Assembly (NCBI GenBank): GCA_963693365.1
Contig: CAVNZM010000003.1
Coordinates: forward strand, 6,269,448 to 6,333,447
Origin: Amoebidium appalachense
Taxonomy: Eukaryota; Protista; Ichthyosporea
Reading direction: 5' to 3'
Length of the DNA: 64,000 nucleotides
Part shown: in pieces, positions 47,296-61,721 of the stretch
Numbering within the stretch: the first letter of the stretch is position 1
Layout of the letters: each line of letters opens with the position of its first letter
Program-made: the position numbers and the translations under genes
The notes under the pieces: model-generated
Told to the model about the DNA's origin: nothing
Seen by the model: the letters and a program-made list of their open reading frames with translations, nothing else
Database searches by the model: none

Positions 47296-50273
47296 GTATG
47301 TGGTGTGTGGTTGTCATTACTGCAGCACCATGGTGCGTGTGCGTCTGTGTACGTGTGTGGCCCCGGGTGGTATGCCATGGTGGTGGCGGTGACGGTGGTG
47401 GTACCGGTAGTGGGGGGAAAGGGTGGGTGGGGGGGGGGGGGGGGGGGGGGGATATAAACACACCAAGGCCTACAAGCACACTAGTGTGCTAATTAAAAAT
47501 CCTCAATTAAATACACTGGGGCAGCTCAAACTGCTCGTGTGTTGCACCGAATCGCCACCGATGCCTCGACTGGTCCTTGGCAGCGTGGCCTGCGAAAGCC
47601 GACACAAGGGCATGAGCGATGCAAAAGTGAACACGTATTATTATTATGATTAATTTACTCAAACCTTATAATCCACTTAGACATTCAAAAAATTTATTCG
47701 AGTGTTGCTTCAGGGGTCTTCGGCCATACAGGTGGTGTGTTGACAAGGGTTTCTGCAGTCTGCGCGTATGTAGCTCCGCCTTCTGGACGTGTGCACGTCC
47801 AAGATGGGGGGGGGGGGGGGGGGGGGGAGGGGGGGCAGCATGGCAAGCGTAATTTGCTCACGCACGGTGGTATGTTAATGTGGTTGCTTGCATGCTTTTG
47901 TGCACCAATACCACGGTGTGCGATATTCCTGCCACGACACATCGAGCAGTAGCTACCGTATAACTTTTCTCTGAACAGATGTTCTGCCGAGCACCATCAC
48001 AACCGAATCGAAACTTGGGACCGCTCTTCATTCTTCGTTCTCTACCTTAAATACGAGCTTATTCCACTAACACACAAATAGTGCACACACCACTGAGTGT
48101 GCTGCGGTTTTCAATCTGGTCGGTTTGCTCAGAGCAGTCTGACAGGCAGATAGCAGTGACATTTACTTGCATTGGAATTTGTACACAAAGTTTTGGAACA
48201 TTTACATCCTTCAGAAACAGTGCCCAGAGTCGAGGCATGACGTTACGATCACACAAACTTCTGGTTGTCATCCGGGGTGAAAGATTTACGCTATCATTAC
48301 CAGCCGGGCCAGGCCTGGTCAAAAAAGCCTACTTTGCTATTTTTCGACCGGGTACGGGAGAGTCACTTTATTAGTCACTTCGGAAGTCGACTCCAACTCC
48401 TAACATAGGAGCTATCCTCTTGAGGTAGCACTGAGCAACAGCTTTCCAGGGCCATGGCCCGTACTATGTCTGGATTCCTGTGTGCACGTGTGCACTTCAG
48501 GCACTGCGTGTTGACGCGTACCGTGGAAAAAAAACAAATACATGTATTTTCCAATGTAAGCCTTGTGCACAAGTGTTCCCAAAGGCCCAAAAGGTTGCTC
48601 AAAAGAGGCAGGCATTGAGCAGCAGGTACAAACGTATTCTGTTTTCTTGCTTCATGTCATAAACGCACTGAAGGAGTGGACGAGCTTGGTGGACAGATTG
48701 ACATGCTCAAGTGCTCGTGTGTACAAACGGCCTGAGAGAGGGGGGCCTTGGGGAGTGAAGGGAGAGGGGATGGGGAAGGAGAGGAACCTCCGGCCGGAGG
48801 AGACTCGAACGGGCTCTTCTTAGTATGCTAGTGTTTACTCTCCACCGCACACTGCAACAAAGGCTTGCTGCTGACCTGAGGGGTTTACCAAGAGTTTACG
48901 GCCTACCATTATTAGTCAGACAAGTACGCATACGGTGGCCTCGTCACGGCTGTTGTCTGCCAGGTATGGCATACATAATGGGTTCAACCGTTCATGTAAG
49001 CCTTGTAAGGTTCGTGTCACACTGTCACCATGGCCTCCTAAATAGCGTACCTACACCTCCTAAATAGCGTACCTACGCTATTTAGGAGGCCTTGCGTGTC
49101 ACCCGTACAGTAGTACCTATAACAGTACTAAATTAGTAAAGTCACGGATTAAGAGCGTCTATTAGCGCAAATTAAATGACCAATGAGTGACTCACCAGAG
49201 AACCTTACACAGTTACACTTCTGACGACCGCGGCGACGGCGTGCCGTGCGTTGTGCATACTGGTCTGCCAGTGGGCAACGCGGCCGAGCCCTGACCGTAG
49301 ACTTCTGCCGCCGTAAGAACAAATAATACACATTAAGTCACGCAGAGTAGCCTATAGTTTTCCTACTTTGCAAGGGGCGTTTGATCCGCACCCCCTCCTT
49401 TTTTTTTTTGGTTGGTTTTGTTTAGAGAGGAGCATGCAGGCTTGCCAAGTTGCTTTTGGGCCCGGCGTGCCAACGAGGCTCAACGGAATAATTCGCAAGT
49501 GCAGGCACGACCGCTGATTGGGTCAAAGCGCACCCCTTGGATCCCCCGAGACTTCTTTTTGACTGGGAGTGGGGTACCGGGAATTATTACTTTTTTTATG
49601 ACTTTATTGAGATAGGGAATTAGTGAGACCCTTTCAAGTTCTCCTTGTGTATGCAACAATTGAATTTGCAGTAACTCTGTATTGTAAATACAGTATCGCT
49701 ATACCAGAAATTATGTTTCTATAGAATATCACAATACCCTACGGATTGATATATTACTTGCCAATGGCCTAAATCTCGATACACTCTGAACAATCAACCT
49801 ATCCCAATCCGGCGTGTCCTCCTATGACTACAATAGATACGGTGCCTTAACCCCCATGTTTTAGATTAATCTTCAAGATTAATCAATCTTGTATCCCGGG
49901 AATTCTGGAAAATCGGTCAATTAGAGTGATTAATCTTCAACATTAATCTCAACTCCCCCTCAAAAAACGGAGTTTTTTCCCGATAAAAATGGTCCGACGG
50001 GGCTGAAATTTTCCATGAGCGAAGCAAACATATAAAGGTTTGAAAGCCCAGCGGCTGGGTGTGTGTTGCATATGGACTTTTCGGCACAGCGAGAGCGTGA
50101 CGGTAGGTGAATATGGATATCGAGGATCATTAATCAAGGAGCCACAGTGACTGCTGCAAGGCTTGAATGATTGATCTGAGTGTGCTGTATTGCATTATGA
50201 TGTGGGGGGAAAAACGCTGCGTTTCAACAAAGAAAGGGGAGAGCAATGCTTTTACACCCCTCGAGTGCAGTAT

Positions 50274-50753
50274 TGTAAACAACTGTACACATGAACTATA
50301 CATGTTTACTAAAGAATGTGATCTACTAGCACACGATTCGTGCTTTGTCATGAATATCACATAAATATTATGTCCGCACCAATAGGACTCACTCTGACCT
50401 AAGAATTGAACCATATATGGTTCTTCAGCTTCATACCACATAAACGAAGTGAACCAATAAGAGGTTTGCATAAATAGGACAAAGGTCTGACTGGCTCGGA
50501 CCGCACCAGAATCACGAATGGCATGTTGCCACCCGCGCTGGCCGCGGATGAACCAATCCTGGGCCTTGATCCGAAACCTGGGGGCTATATAAGAAAGCCG
50601 TCCCAGTACGGGGATCACATCAGTGAAGTCTGAGACAGACTGAGTCGGCCCATAGTAAAAGCAACCTGGCCGCGTGTGCCTTTCTACCCGTTCTCTGTCT
50701 TTATTTTGATTCAGTTGTACTCTGCCTTATCCTAACTAGTCCAACTGTTTACA
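50274..50753 (+). mobile_element. Solo LTR related to the 24.3-kb gypsy element
   Basis: TGTAAAC..GTTTACA ends, 3' half near-identical to 24770-24931, perfect 5-bp TSD AGTAT. Confidence 0.93.
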
Positions 50754-52739
50754 AGTATACCATTGGTTGCTGTTCGAACAAGACCCATTTATGGTGTGAC
50801 GTATAGCCTTTTTCAGCTGTTGTAAACAAACAACACGGGCCGTGGCTACTTTTGAGGACCCTGCTTGTAGATTATCATCTCACATGCACCCAACTTGAAC
50901 CCGTAGCGTTGCTGTGGATACACCCTGTCGTTTTCACTTTCTTTTTGTTTTCTTGTTTTTTTTTTTTTGTCTTTGGTGATGGACGCAAAGAATGGAAGGG
51001 GACTTTGAAATAATATTTGATGATAGTGGTGGGTTTGAAGCCGGCACAGCGAAAAAAGATGCGAATATGTGTCCCGATTAAACCCTGATCACCATATGAG
51101 AATCCGGGCAAAATCAGGAAACCCGATTCGTAATTAGCGACGTGATCGGGATGAAATTAGCCTGATTACACCCCGATTTTTTGATACCGATCACACCCTG
51201 ATTCGCAAAAAAAATCCCGATCACGCCCGTGACCGGGACACCCCGATTCCTTCCCGACCTGCCCTTACCTACTTCCTGCCCTCTCGATACTGGAACTTAA
51301 CCCAAAGTTAAGTACAAAAGAAGGCAACTGGAAGAAAGCTGAAGTACACCGTGACTAGCTCGCGCCTTTACTTTGTTACTCGTACCACACACAGTGTGGT
51401 GTCAAGTCGTGTTCTTCGTCATCACACACAGTGTGATGCAAGGTGTGATGCCTGGAGCCTGGAACAGCCCAACAACGGCTATTCAGCTGGGTAGAAAGCA
51501 CTCACAATATATATAAAAGCAGACAGAAGGGTTTGGCACACAGAACCCTAGTATGAGCAACACCAGGTTGCAAGCATGAAGAGGCTATAGCTAAGTAGTC
51601 GTGGGGAGCCATAGAAGTATATAGCTAGGTTAGCAAACCGTTCACCTGCACACCTATGTGCACCTGTGTTAACCATTATTCTAACGCAGATAATGGGCTG
51701 TGTTTCGACTCTTTAATTTGAGTACCAGTAGGTGTGGAACCGGATACAGTCAACTACACAACATCCATCTTACCCCTATACTTTACCATGCTGATGCCTT
51801 GGCTTACCTGTTAGAGCCGCTCACAAAACCCGAACTTGGCAAAGTCACAGTAGCAGGTTCAGGGACCTGCGATGGGGAAGAGACTTTTAGAACCTAGGGG
51901 TACGGTGTTATATATGGCCAAAAAGGAGGCAAGTTACACAACGTGGCCTTCTCTGTAATACTGATGCAGCATAGATAGATTGCAAGAAGAATAAACTAAT
52001 AACAGAGCAACAAAGGCTCGAGGATATACAGATGCCTATGCACGGCTGCACGTGGACGCCCAAGTTCGACCAAGGCAAGCACAGAAGCGCTTACAAGTTT
52101 TAGGTTGTATCCTTCTTGCCGTGTTACCTCACGAGACAAAAAGCCTAGTATGTAAGTCAGAGGGTTCTTGAAGATGAGGTTATTAAGAAAAAACTCACCT
52201 TGCCTGTGGCGCATAACTCCGTTTTTCCAGACTCAAACTCCTGCCTGCCCAAAAACAATATGCTTAAAAACACCAACTACTATTCTACGCAGTCTTGGGC
52301 CACGGCCCACTGCTGTGTATGCAAATTGTAGATGGAGCCGCAGCAATCTCACCAAACAAAAGACAAAAGCAAATGCGTGCAAGCGAGTTTAGAGTCGCCT
52401 GTTTCTTTACACCAAAACTTGCCAACGGTTGTCTTTGACGACCAGCTGCTGTCTAGGAATCTTTGCTACTAGATGCGCGCGAGTGGTTGCACTTGACCGA
52501 TACGTACTTGCAAGTCTTTTTCTTGTTTGTTGTGACCGTTAGGCCGCACATGGCATCACATTGATTCGGGCCGGGTCAAATTGGCGTAGTCGGGAAGAAT
52601 TCCGTACGAAATCGGGAATATATTTAGACCTCATTACAGTCTACCAATCAGAATAGCTTACTTAATTCGTGATCGAGGATCATCGGGAGCCGGATTCGCA
52701 CTTTTTTTTGCTGTGCGGCCGGGGCATGCGCAGTAGACT

Positions 52740-53130
52740 AGAGACATCTTTAACGATTTCTTTGCTGACGAAAGCACAAGTGATACAGAAGATTCTGTTG
52801 ACAACGGTGATACCACACTCACAGGAAAATGGCGTATTTATGACGCCAAGCAAGTAGAGTTAACACTCAAAGCAGACGATGTTGAAAACAGGCTTTTAGA
52901 TACGTTCAGGAAGGAGGCCTCGGAGATCCAGAAACGTTTGCTAACCCACTTTTCTGGAGAGCCAACCATTAGTAACGTCCTCGATCTCTTCTTTTCACCA
53001 CTCATTCTGCAGACACTGCTTGAGACTATCAAAATTGGACTCCGTGCACGCAAGAAGAGGACTGCCACACTACACGATTTACACGGTTTCCTGAAAGTGA
53101 TATGCTATTTGTCATTCTACGGTGTACACA
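52740..53130 (+). pseudogene. piggyBac transposase N-terminal remnant
   Basis: Acidic N-terminus, then LDLFFSPLILQTLLE...TLHDLHGFLKVICYLSFYG, similar to the PGBD 'F.LFF...I....T..EL..F.G' region. Confidence 0.55.
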
Positions 53131-53288
53131 TGTGTCCCCCTCCGTGTTCTATGGTGTTAAACTGAGCCACGCATTCCCAACCGCAAACACCGGTACCTCC
53201 ACTTTTCATATTTTGTTTTTGTTGTTTCGTCCAGATTTTCTCTATGCAAAGGAGCCTGTCTGAAGCTGTGTAGGTGTGTATGTGCCGT

Positions 53289-53332
<44 letters not shown>

Positions 53333-53486
53333 TTCTTTTTTCCTTCTCCCCCCCCCCCCCCCCTAGTTTTTTGAATATACGTAATAGCAAGGGGGACTGG
53401 CGGCATGCCAGCAGCAGTGTATGTGTGTATGTGTGTGGGTGTGGGTTTGTGTGTGTGTGTGCGGGTTGGTGGGGGGGGGGGGGAGG

Positions 53487-53520
<34 letters not shown>

Positions 53521-53944
53521 CTGCCTGCCGTTGTATTCAGTACCCTGCATACATCTGTGTATGAAGCACAAACAATACGGTCACTGTGCTTTGATGGTTT
53601 TGAAATTAAATTAGCTGTGGCACGTTTCTGTGGTCACAGACCTGTATTTGGTTTCATTATAAATATCATCATAAATATATGTAGCACATAGTATTAGTAT
53701 TAATAATCCCTTTTTGGAAGATCATAAATAATTGGAAATGTAACATAATACTACTATAATTGTTTCCAGAAATGTCACCGAAAATTATGTGTGGCTCTTG
53801 GAGAGGAAGAAAAAGATGGTTGAAATCATGCAACATGTCTCAGTGTGTATGGAAAACGTCTATCATGAATGATTCCCCCACCCCCCCCCCCGCCTCCCCC
53901 TTCCTACATAGCCCGGCCCGAATTCCTGCCCCCTCCCCTCCCCT

Positions 53945-53980
<36 letters not shown>

Positions 53981-54885
53981 CCTCCCCCCCCCCTTCCCCC
54001 CCCCCTCTCCCCCCCCCCCTCCTTGAACACACACACACGCGCACGCACTGTGGCACCTGCCCACCTAACCGTGGTCACCCTAACACACACATGTGCACAC
54101 AAACACGTACACGCACAAAGACATGACACACACACATGGCATGGCACACACATTGAAACGGCCAGGTACATGCATTCACGAGTGCACATATCACACTCAC
54201 CCCGGGGCCCCGGCTCCCTGTTAAATAACAAGGAAATTCTATTCATAGCAATATTGTACAGATACACAGACATTATCCCCCCCCCTCCGCCCCAACACAC
54301 ATGCACATGCACCGGCTGCCCACGTGGCCAACCACCCTGACACACGTACGTGCACGCCGTGGCACACGGACTCGTACATGCATGTATATAGAGATACACA
54401 CACACACTGCATGCCGTGGCACACACTGCACTGTGAAACACAGTGCGTAACACGTGCCACACGTGCACACACCGCAAACAAGCACGTGCACTGTGGCATC
54501 ATACATGCTGAAAAACACACATGCACCCACACACACACACACACGGTACACACTCACACGCAAACCGTGGACACCGTCACAGAAAACATGCACCGGCACA
54601 CACTCTCTGCAATGTACACACGTACAAGCGTGTGCATTGCATACGTACAAACACACCCACACAAGCACACACACACGTCATCACAGCTGAACACACTAAC
54701 ATCAGCATGTGCGTACAATAGCACATGCATTTTAAGTTGACCTGTACAGTACCACAGCACCGTGTTACGTGGCATCCATGCACTGCATGCAGCGTACACG
54801 TGGCACCACACACACCCGTATGTGTGCTTGTCTATATAGGCATATGCACAGGCCTAGGCACACATGTGCACACACACGTGCACAC

Positions 54886-54929
<44 letters not shown>

Positions 54930-54965
54930 ACGCACACACCAGCACACAGACACACACACAGCACA

Positions 54966-55005
<40 letters not shown>

Positions 55006-55362
55006 GAGAAAGTGAGAGAGTACCTCACACATGACACCGGGAGCCCGCTGTGCGCGCACAATTAACACGTGAGCTTTGTGAGCCGCGGCCGGCTGCCGAT
55101 CATATGCATGTGCCGTGATTAATCTTCTTCTCGGATTGATTAATCTTCTTTTACGCTCGCACCTCTTCTCGAAGGTGTATAATAAACATGGATATTATAG
55201 ACATAAACACCCAAAAAAAATTACATAGGCGTTTTCTTGACTATCAAAACCAACTTTTTGCTTACTTAACATGTATTTTTGGGCTGCTGGGTAAGTCGGT
55301 GGAAGCGCCGCAAATGTGATTAACGTTGAAGATTAATCATTTGATTACATGGGGGTTAAGCC

Positions 55363-56612
55363 GTGGTTAACCAAATTCCCGTTTCTCAAGTTTTTATTGG
55401 TGACTTCAATTGTCCAGTGGTTCCGTGTGATAGGGAACATACCCCGTCCCCAGCACAGTTTCGTCCTTTTTCTGACCGTGCTCGTGTCCTCCCCAACCTT
55501 CTTCGAAAGCACCTTGTCCGTCTTCCTCGCGTTTTCGCTAACCACACGACTGACTGGGGTGCCTCGTTTTGGGACTCCACCCTTCGAGTAATTTCCCCAC
55601 CCGATTCCTTACGGCGTAGTTCGGACCATTCCCCTGTAGAATTTTCGGTTTCCTTCCCTGTTCACTTCGGCGGGGCTACTCAGACTAACCGCCGCCTCTT
55701 ATCTCGCGGTTTCAAGCACAAGTTAAACCAGTTACTCGCTGTCAAGGAGTATGAGTCGGTTCATGGCTTCTTTCTTGCCGCAGTGCGCGACGCCCGTGCG
55801 CAGCGGACCCCGGCTATTTTGGAGGTTTGTTATAATGAGTTTGTTGAGTTCCTATTTGCCCTTGGCGAGCAGGTGGTGGGCACGGTTAAGTACCCTTCCG
55901 TTCGGCTGAGACAGTCTCACGTTTTGCAGTCCCTACGACAGTTGTTGCCTCTACAGGAAGCATTATCGGTCTGGAAATCCGCCGGTCGGTTTGGGCCTTC
56001 CGTGCAAGTCTATGCCCCGTCTCCTTCCATCTCCGTTGCTGAATCCGTCGATGACTATTATGCTTCCCTATTTTCGCTTCCTAACGTGTCCACGGTTCCA
56101 TCACCGCCCGCTGGCCTCTCCCAGCCGCCAGGTTGGGAGCCGGACCGATCGTTCCCGGGCACTTTTCATAGTTATTTCAACTCTTCGGCTGTTTTTGGTG
56201 CTATACGGGCGTTAAAACCCCGCAAGGCGTGCGGGCCGGATGATCTTCCTCCCGTGCTTTTCAAGGTTCTTTCTCCCGTGCTTCCGCCCCGTAATCGTGC
56301 AGAGTCCCCCCCGCCCCCGCCTTTTGCTGTCCTCTAGTGAGTTTTTTTCGGCTTTTTTCGAACTCGGGTTTATTCCAAATTCGTGGTTTGACACAATCGT
56401 TACGCCCGTTCGTAAGAAGGTATCGCAGGGGGTCATTAATGACTTTCGTCCCGTCACACTTACCAACGTTTTTCGTCGGCTCTTCGAGGGTTGCATGCTT
56501 CGCGCGTTTAACACCGACGATTCTTTAAACGCCGTGTTCCGTCTTTCTTCCCTTCAAGGGGGCTTTCGTCACGGCCATGCCTATTCGTGTTATACTCACA
56601 GTCTGTTACTCC
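55363..56612 (+). pseudogene. Non-LTR retrotransposon (LINE) ORF2 fragment: APE C-terminus + RT start
   Basis: IGDFN, SDHSPV, RKACGPDDLP, FRPVTLTNVFRRLFE, QGGFR. Frameshift near 56300; cut by the LTR at 56613. Confidence 0.88.
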
Positions 56613-59600
56613 TGACATATACTAATCCGTCTCAGCAGATCAGCCTAAGTCTACGATCGAGATCGGGGGGGGGGGGGGGGGGGGGGGTGGCCCGGGTCCA
56701 CAGATCATCAAGATCAAGTCCGGGGCCTCAAGACAGCTGTACAGCTGCGTGCATCATCTTGCCTCTGCCGGCGCAGGGCAGGACCACGTCAGCTGGGACA
56801 GCCGACCAATAGAATTCTAATTAGTGTGTAGGATAGATCGTAGGAGGACTTAGGAATGTGATTGTTCGGGCAGAAGCCCTTTTGTAAGTATTGGCAAGGT
56901 TTGATAGTGTATGTTGCCAAACGTATTTATATATTTAGATGTAGAGGAAAGGGGGGAGGGAGGGGGGGGAGGATAGTATGAAATGTAGATTTAGACTCTG
57001 CGGTGCCACTAGGGGGAGGGTGAGGGGTGAGACATGGATAAATATATTGGTTTGAGTAGATCGACTTAGCTCGTGCAGGCGCACGATAAAGTAGATCGGA
57101 ATGTTTGGAATGTGGCATCGTAGGGGGGCCAGGTGATGATGATCTTTGAGGGCACGGCCTTGATGGCCTCAGTTGTGACTTAGCCTCATTCCGTACGGAT
57201 CTAAGTTTTGCCCGTCGGAGCCTGGTCTGAATAAACTTTACCGTTTTTCCGTACACAATCGTTCCTTTTCGTGTGTGTACACTTAGTAGAGTGCCGCGTC
57301 TCTAGTACATATACATTAGGATACGACAAGCTACACCTTTCTTTTAGTGCGGTTTTTCGCGCTAGGGTAACGCGGTGACAGTTCCTTCTGGGCTGTTGCT
57401 AAACCTCAAACACACAACAAAAAAAAAAAAAAAAAAAAAAAAAACACATAAACACAACCACACGAGTTCGGGCACACACCACACAATGGCTAAGTTCAAC
57501 GTAGATATGTTCTACGCATTTGCAGCGGAGGATAGCTCCCTGCACACACAGGTACCACAGGTTCATACACCAGACGTTAGACAGACCACAGCTTTCAGTT
57601 TTACACTCAAACACGACTCGGAAATACCTAGGTTGCTTAGGACACTCCTAGCTAACACACCCACACTAGTGTTAGACACTAAGAAGGCCCCCACTGTGGC
57701 GGCCTCGTGCCTAATGATCAAGCAGTGCATCGACCACAAGACCATGGCCGACTTATGCACCCTTATGGAGGAGCACCCGTACCGGGCCGAGCAGGCCCCC
57801 CAGGTGACGGCTCGTATATACGAGCAGCAGTACGACGAGGGGAGGGACGAGATGGTATCCCGGACGCTCGGCCAGAAACGTCTGGCCGCACGATTCATCC
57901 CCGACGACGAGGACGAGAACAGCACCGACGACGTGGACGGGGAGCTCGAGGCCTTCACACGGCCGGAAAACGAGCTCGAGTATACGGCCCGGCTCGTCGG
58001 CCGATACCTGACGGCCGACCGGCGCCGTACCTTCAGGGCCCAGCTACGAGAATGGAAGTATACCTTTCCCACTTTAGATATGTCCCCCGTAGAAGCTCGT
58101 GCATTCTTTGAGAGGGAATATCGGGTCTTTGAAGACCTTTGTGAGTTAGCTGGTGACGTGAGTGATAGGGAAAAGTTCGAGTTTGCTCGTAAGGCTCTCT
58201 GAGACTCTGTAAACACAGACACTGCACGCATGTTTGGGGAGCATGACGATGTAGATGAGGTGGTGTTGCATGTTAAACGTCACTTGCTTGCCATGCACGA
58301 GGTGAAGTTCAATAAGAGGGACAAAAAGGAGGTGATGGAAGTAGACAAGAAAAAGAAGGAGAGTGGACAGAAGGGGGAAAAAGAGAAAAAAGAGGGTGAA
58401 CAGCCAGATGCACTCACCATGTTGGTCAAGCAGGTTGCCGAGCTCTCCCAGGCCGTCTTCTCTGGCCGAGGGGGCTTCGGCTTCCGGGGTGGCCGTGGCG
58501 GTGACCGGGGTGGACACGGCGGTCGGGGGCACGGTGGACTTGGAGGACAGCAGCAGCAGTTCACCGAGAGGTTTGCCCCTTATCTTGCTCGTGGTGGTGG
58601 GCAGGGTAGAGGGAGGGGTGGAAATGGTGGTGAGAGAGGCCGAGGGGGGCAGGGGGGAACTTCGGGGGGGCCGTGGTGCACACGGTGGGCCCCCCCAGCA
58701 TGACCGGGCTCCCGGTTATGCTTTGCGCCAAGGTTTTGAAGTCCCCCCTGGCCTCTTCTTTGGTGCATGTTGCTTTTGTGGCCGGCAAGGGCACTCTGCT
58801 GCATATTGCCGTAGTTACAAGAGCTATTGAGTTCCGGGGGAGGGGGAAGCTGGGGTCACTGAGGGAGGGGGGGGGGACAGTATCGGTCCCCCCCAGGTTG
58901 CAGAGAACCTTCACCCTCCCCCACCCCAGGTTAAGCTTCCCTTTGCCCCCTCACCGCCCCGATACGTGTGGGAGCCGGGCATCGTCGTGGGTCCTCAAGA
59001 CAGCGTCGAGGTGGTATGGCATGAATGTTTGTGGGGTGACTCTACCAAAGGTATGAATGGTGTGAATGTTTTGTGGTTGGGGGAGGTTCCCCAGCCACAA
59101 GTGGATGGTCTCAGTGTTTCTTGTCCCAACCCGGTGTTTGTTCTAACCACACCGGAGGGGGTTTCTGTGCCATTGTTTCCGGGAGGGGGGGGGGCACACA
59201 CGAGTAAAGGGGGAAGGGGGGGGAAGGCACAGACACGTAGAAACACACCACCACAACAACATACGATGGTTGCAGACACACCTACACCCACACACACACC
59301 CACACATACACCAAACACACACACACCACCCACCCACACACCACACACACACACTCCACCACCACCCACATCACATACACACCCCACCCCACCCGTGCAG
59401 GCACCACAGGTAGGTATGTTGCACGTAGGTATCGAGGGTGTGAGTCTTCGTGGGCAGGGACTGGGTGTGAGTGATGATGTGTTGCTTGAATTGGAGGAGG
59501 ATTTAGTTGGTTTTAGCCGGCATTATATAGACGTATGGTTAGCTGATGGTAAGTTGAAGGCTGTTGCTTTGCTCGATGGAGGGGCTCAGGTTAATTGTGT

Positions 59601-60600
59601 GCATGCTTCGTTTATTCGTCGTTTTAATCAGGCCGGGGGGGAAATTCCTATTTTAGATGCTTCTAGCACAGCCTTAGGTAGTGCTAATAATAGTAGTATG
59701 TCTGTGGAAGGTGTTTGTGTGTTGCCGTGTGAGATAGGTGGCCAGGCTATGCATATTGCTTGTTATGTGGTTAAGGATTTAGCTCAAAGTGTTTTGTTGG
59801 GAGCCCCATTTTTCCGTAGACATGTGAATGCTTTGTTTGAACGTACGAATGTTTTAGAATTGCAGTCCGGCGTTAAAATTAAAACCCATGATGGGCTCGA
59901 CGGTTATCAGTCTGGTGCTAGAACGGTAGCTGAAGTAGTAATCGAGCCTTATCAGTGCCAAACGGTACGTGTCCGGGCCGGCAATCATGTTAGGATAGGG
60001 GATTTAGGGGTTTTTACTCCGAAAACCCCATTTCAGGAGGTGGCTCAATGGACCCTTAGTAGGGTATGGCCGGATAAGACAATAGAAATAGAATTAGTGA
60101 ATCCGGGCATCGAGCCTATTGTGATTAGGTCAGGTGTTTCCGTCGGTAGTTTCACTAATGAGATTGGTAGTATAGAGGTCTCTCTTATTACCCAAAAGGA
60201 TGATGCCGGCTCGAAGGGTGACTCAGGAGGAGGGGGAACAACTTTATTTAACGTTAGCCACCAAAATGTCACCCGACACGATGGGGGGGGGACCGGGACA
60301 GCACCGGTCCCACTCAAGAGGAAGGAGGAGGGTCACCCCGGGTGTGAGAATGTGCAGGCAGGGGGGGAGGGTGTTGGTCTAACCCGTGGATCTGACGGGT
60401 TAACCAACACCGTGGGGGGCCGGGCAGGGTGGCCACAGACCTGGCCCCCCACATACATGCACTAACTCATCAGGAATTGCCCGGGGGCATGGGTGTGCCG
60501 GGGGGAGGGGGGGGTGCTAAGGGTGACCGCCTATATCCGGAGGTACCTCAACCTCACCCCGAGCAGCACCGATGTAATACAGGAGGTGAAATGTAACGTT
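56613..60600 (+). mobile_element. Degenerate, 3'-truncated Ty3/gypsy element (LTR 56613-57335, gag, protease)
   Basis: 723-bp TG..CA LTR. Gag from ATG 57486 with an in-frame TGA at 58200, Zn knuckle CCFCGRQGHSAAYC in a shifted frame, protease LLDGGAQVNCV in 58966-60465. No RT follows. Confidence 0.8.
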
Positions 60601-61721
60601 AAGTGTTAAATTGTTGGAGTGAGGACGGTCACCCTTGAACGGAGCCTTGGTGGCTTTACCCATAATGCAGCCATGACAATCAGGAACATCACAGTCGAGG
60701 ACAGACGAGGGGAGACCAATAACTGTTAAATTGTATAAGTATTTGGGATGTAAGCAGAGACACAGTGGTACAGTGTGAAAACACCACAGACACACACAAC
60801 AACAAAACACGGAACGATCGGAGCAGTGTACACAACAGACATCAATGTTTAGACACGACTGAACTGAATTTATTCTGATCTTCGAATAAATACCTGAAAT
60901 TCCTCTAAGTCCAATCCATACATGATTTCCGACCAGTCGGAAATCAGATCTATCTCTAATAGAAACCAATCACTAAGAACCAATTGCTTTCAGAGAGATC
61001 CGGTACGCGGAGACGTACACGATAGGACACAGACACTAGTTAAGATCAACTCGTGTCATCATCAAGGAAGTTCTAACCTATGACATACTGCAAAGACTCA
61101 GACATATCACACTTAACCTTGATGATTGGTTAAAGCCCGGCAACACATGAAAACTAAAGTAAATTAATGAAGTCTAAACACACATGCTATTCTAAGTGTA
61201 GCCTAAGTGTGTTACCGTCCAATGAACACGTATTAAGTAACACAAATCTACCTAACATATATTAGTAGAAAAGAAATACGATTATACACATGAAGACAAG
61301 GAGAGAAAGAAAAGAAAATAAGGAAGGAGAAAGAGGAAGGAAAAGAGAGCACAGATCAACAAACAAGATAGTAATAGCATAACTATAACCAGAGATATTT
61401 ATGTACACACGAACATGTACACGTCTCTCCCTGAGTGGGTGGATCCGTGTACACACATATAAATATTCTAATCGATATTACAACACACGATTAAAGCCGA
61501 TACAACACGATTACAAGTATACAAGCATATCGGAGATCGATGCTACACTTTACATAATAGGAGTGTGGCATTTACACTAAGCATATGAACTGAAACATAA
61601 CACAAACTGAGAAGATCTTACCATATGTAAATACTACGTATTACAACATCCCCACTTAAGACTTTGAAGTTTGTGGTATCATATCCCCACTGAACTAGTG
61701 AAATCTCCCCACTTGAGAACA

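Larger units (their letters stand above)
49851..55355 (+). mobile_element. piggyBac-like element (defective)
   Basis: TTAA|CCCCCATGT ... ACATGGGGG|TTAA termini, subterminal GATTAATCTT repeats at both ends, internal transposase remnant. Confidence 0.8.

Noticed and set aside
47950-49620. Possible host exons
   Set aside because: Only short ORFs with no recognisable domain or consistent splice pattern.
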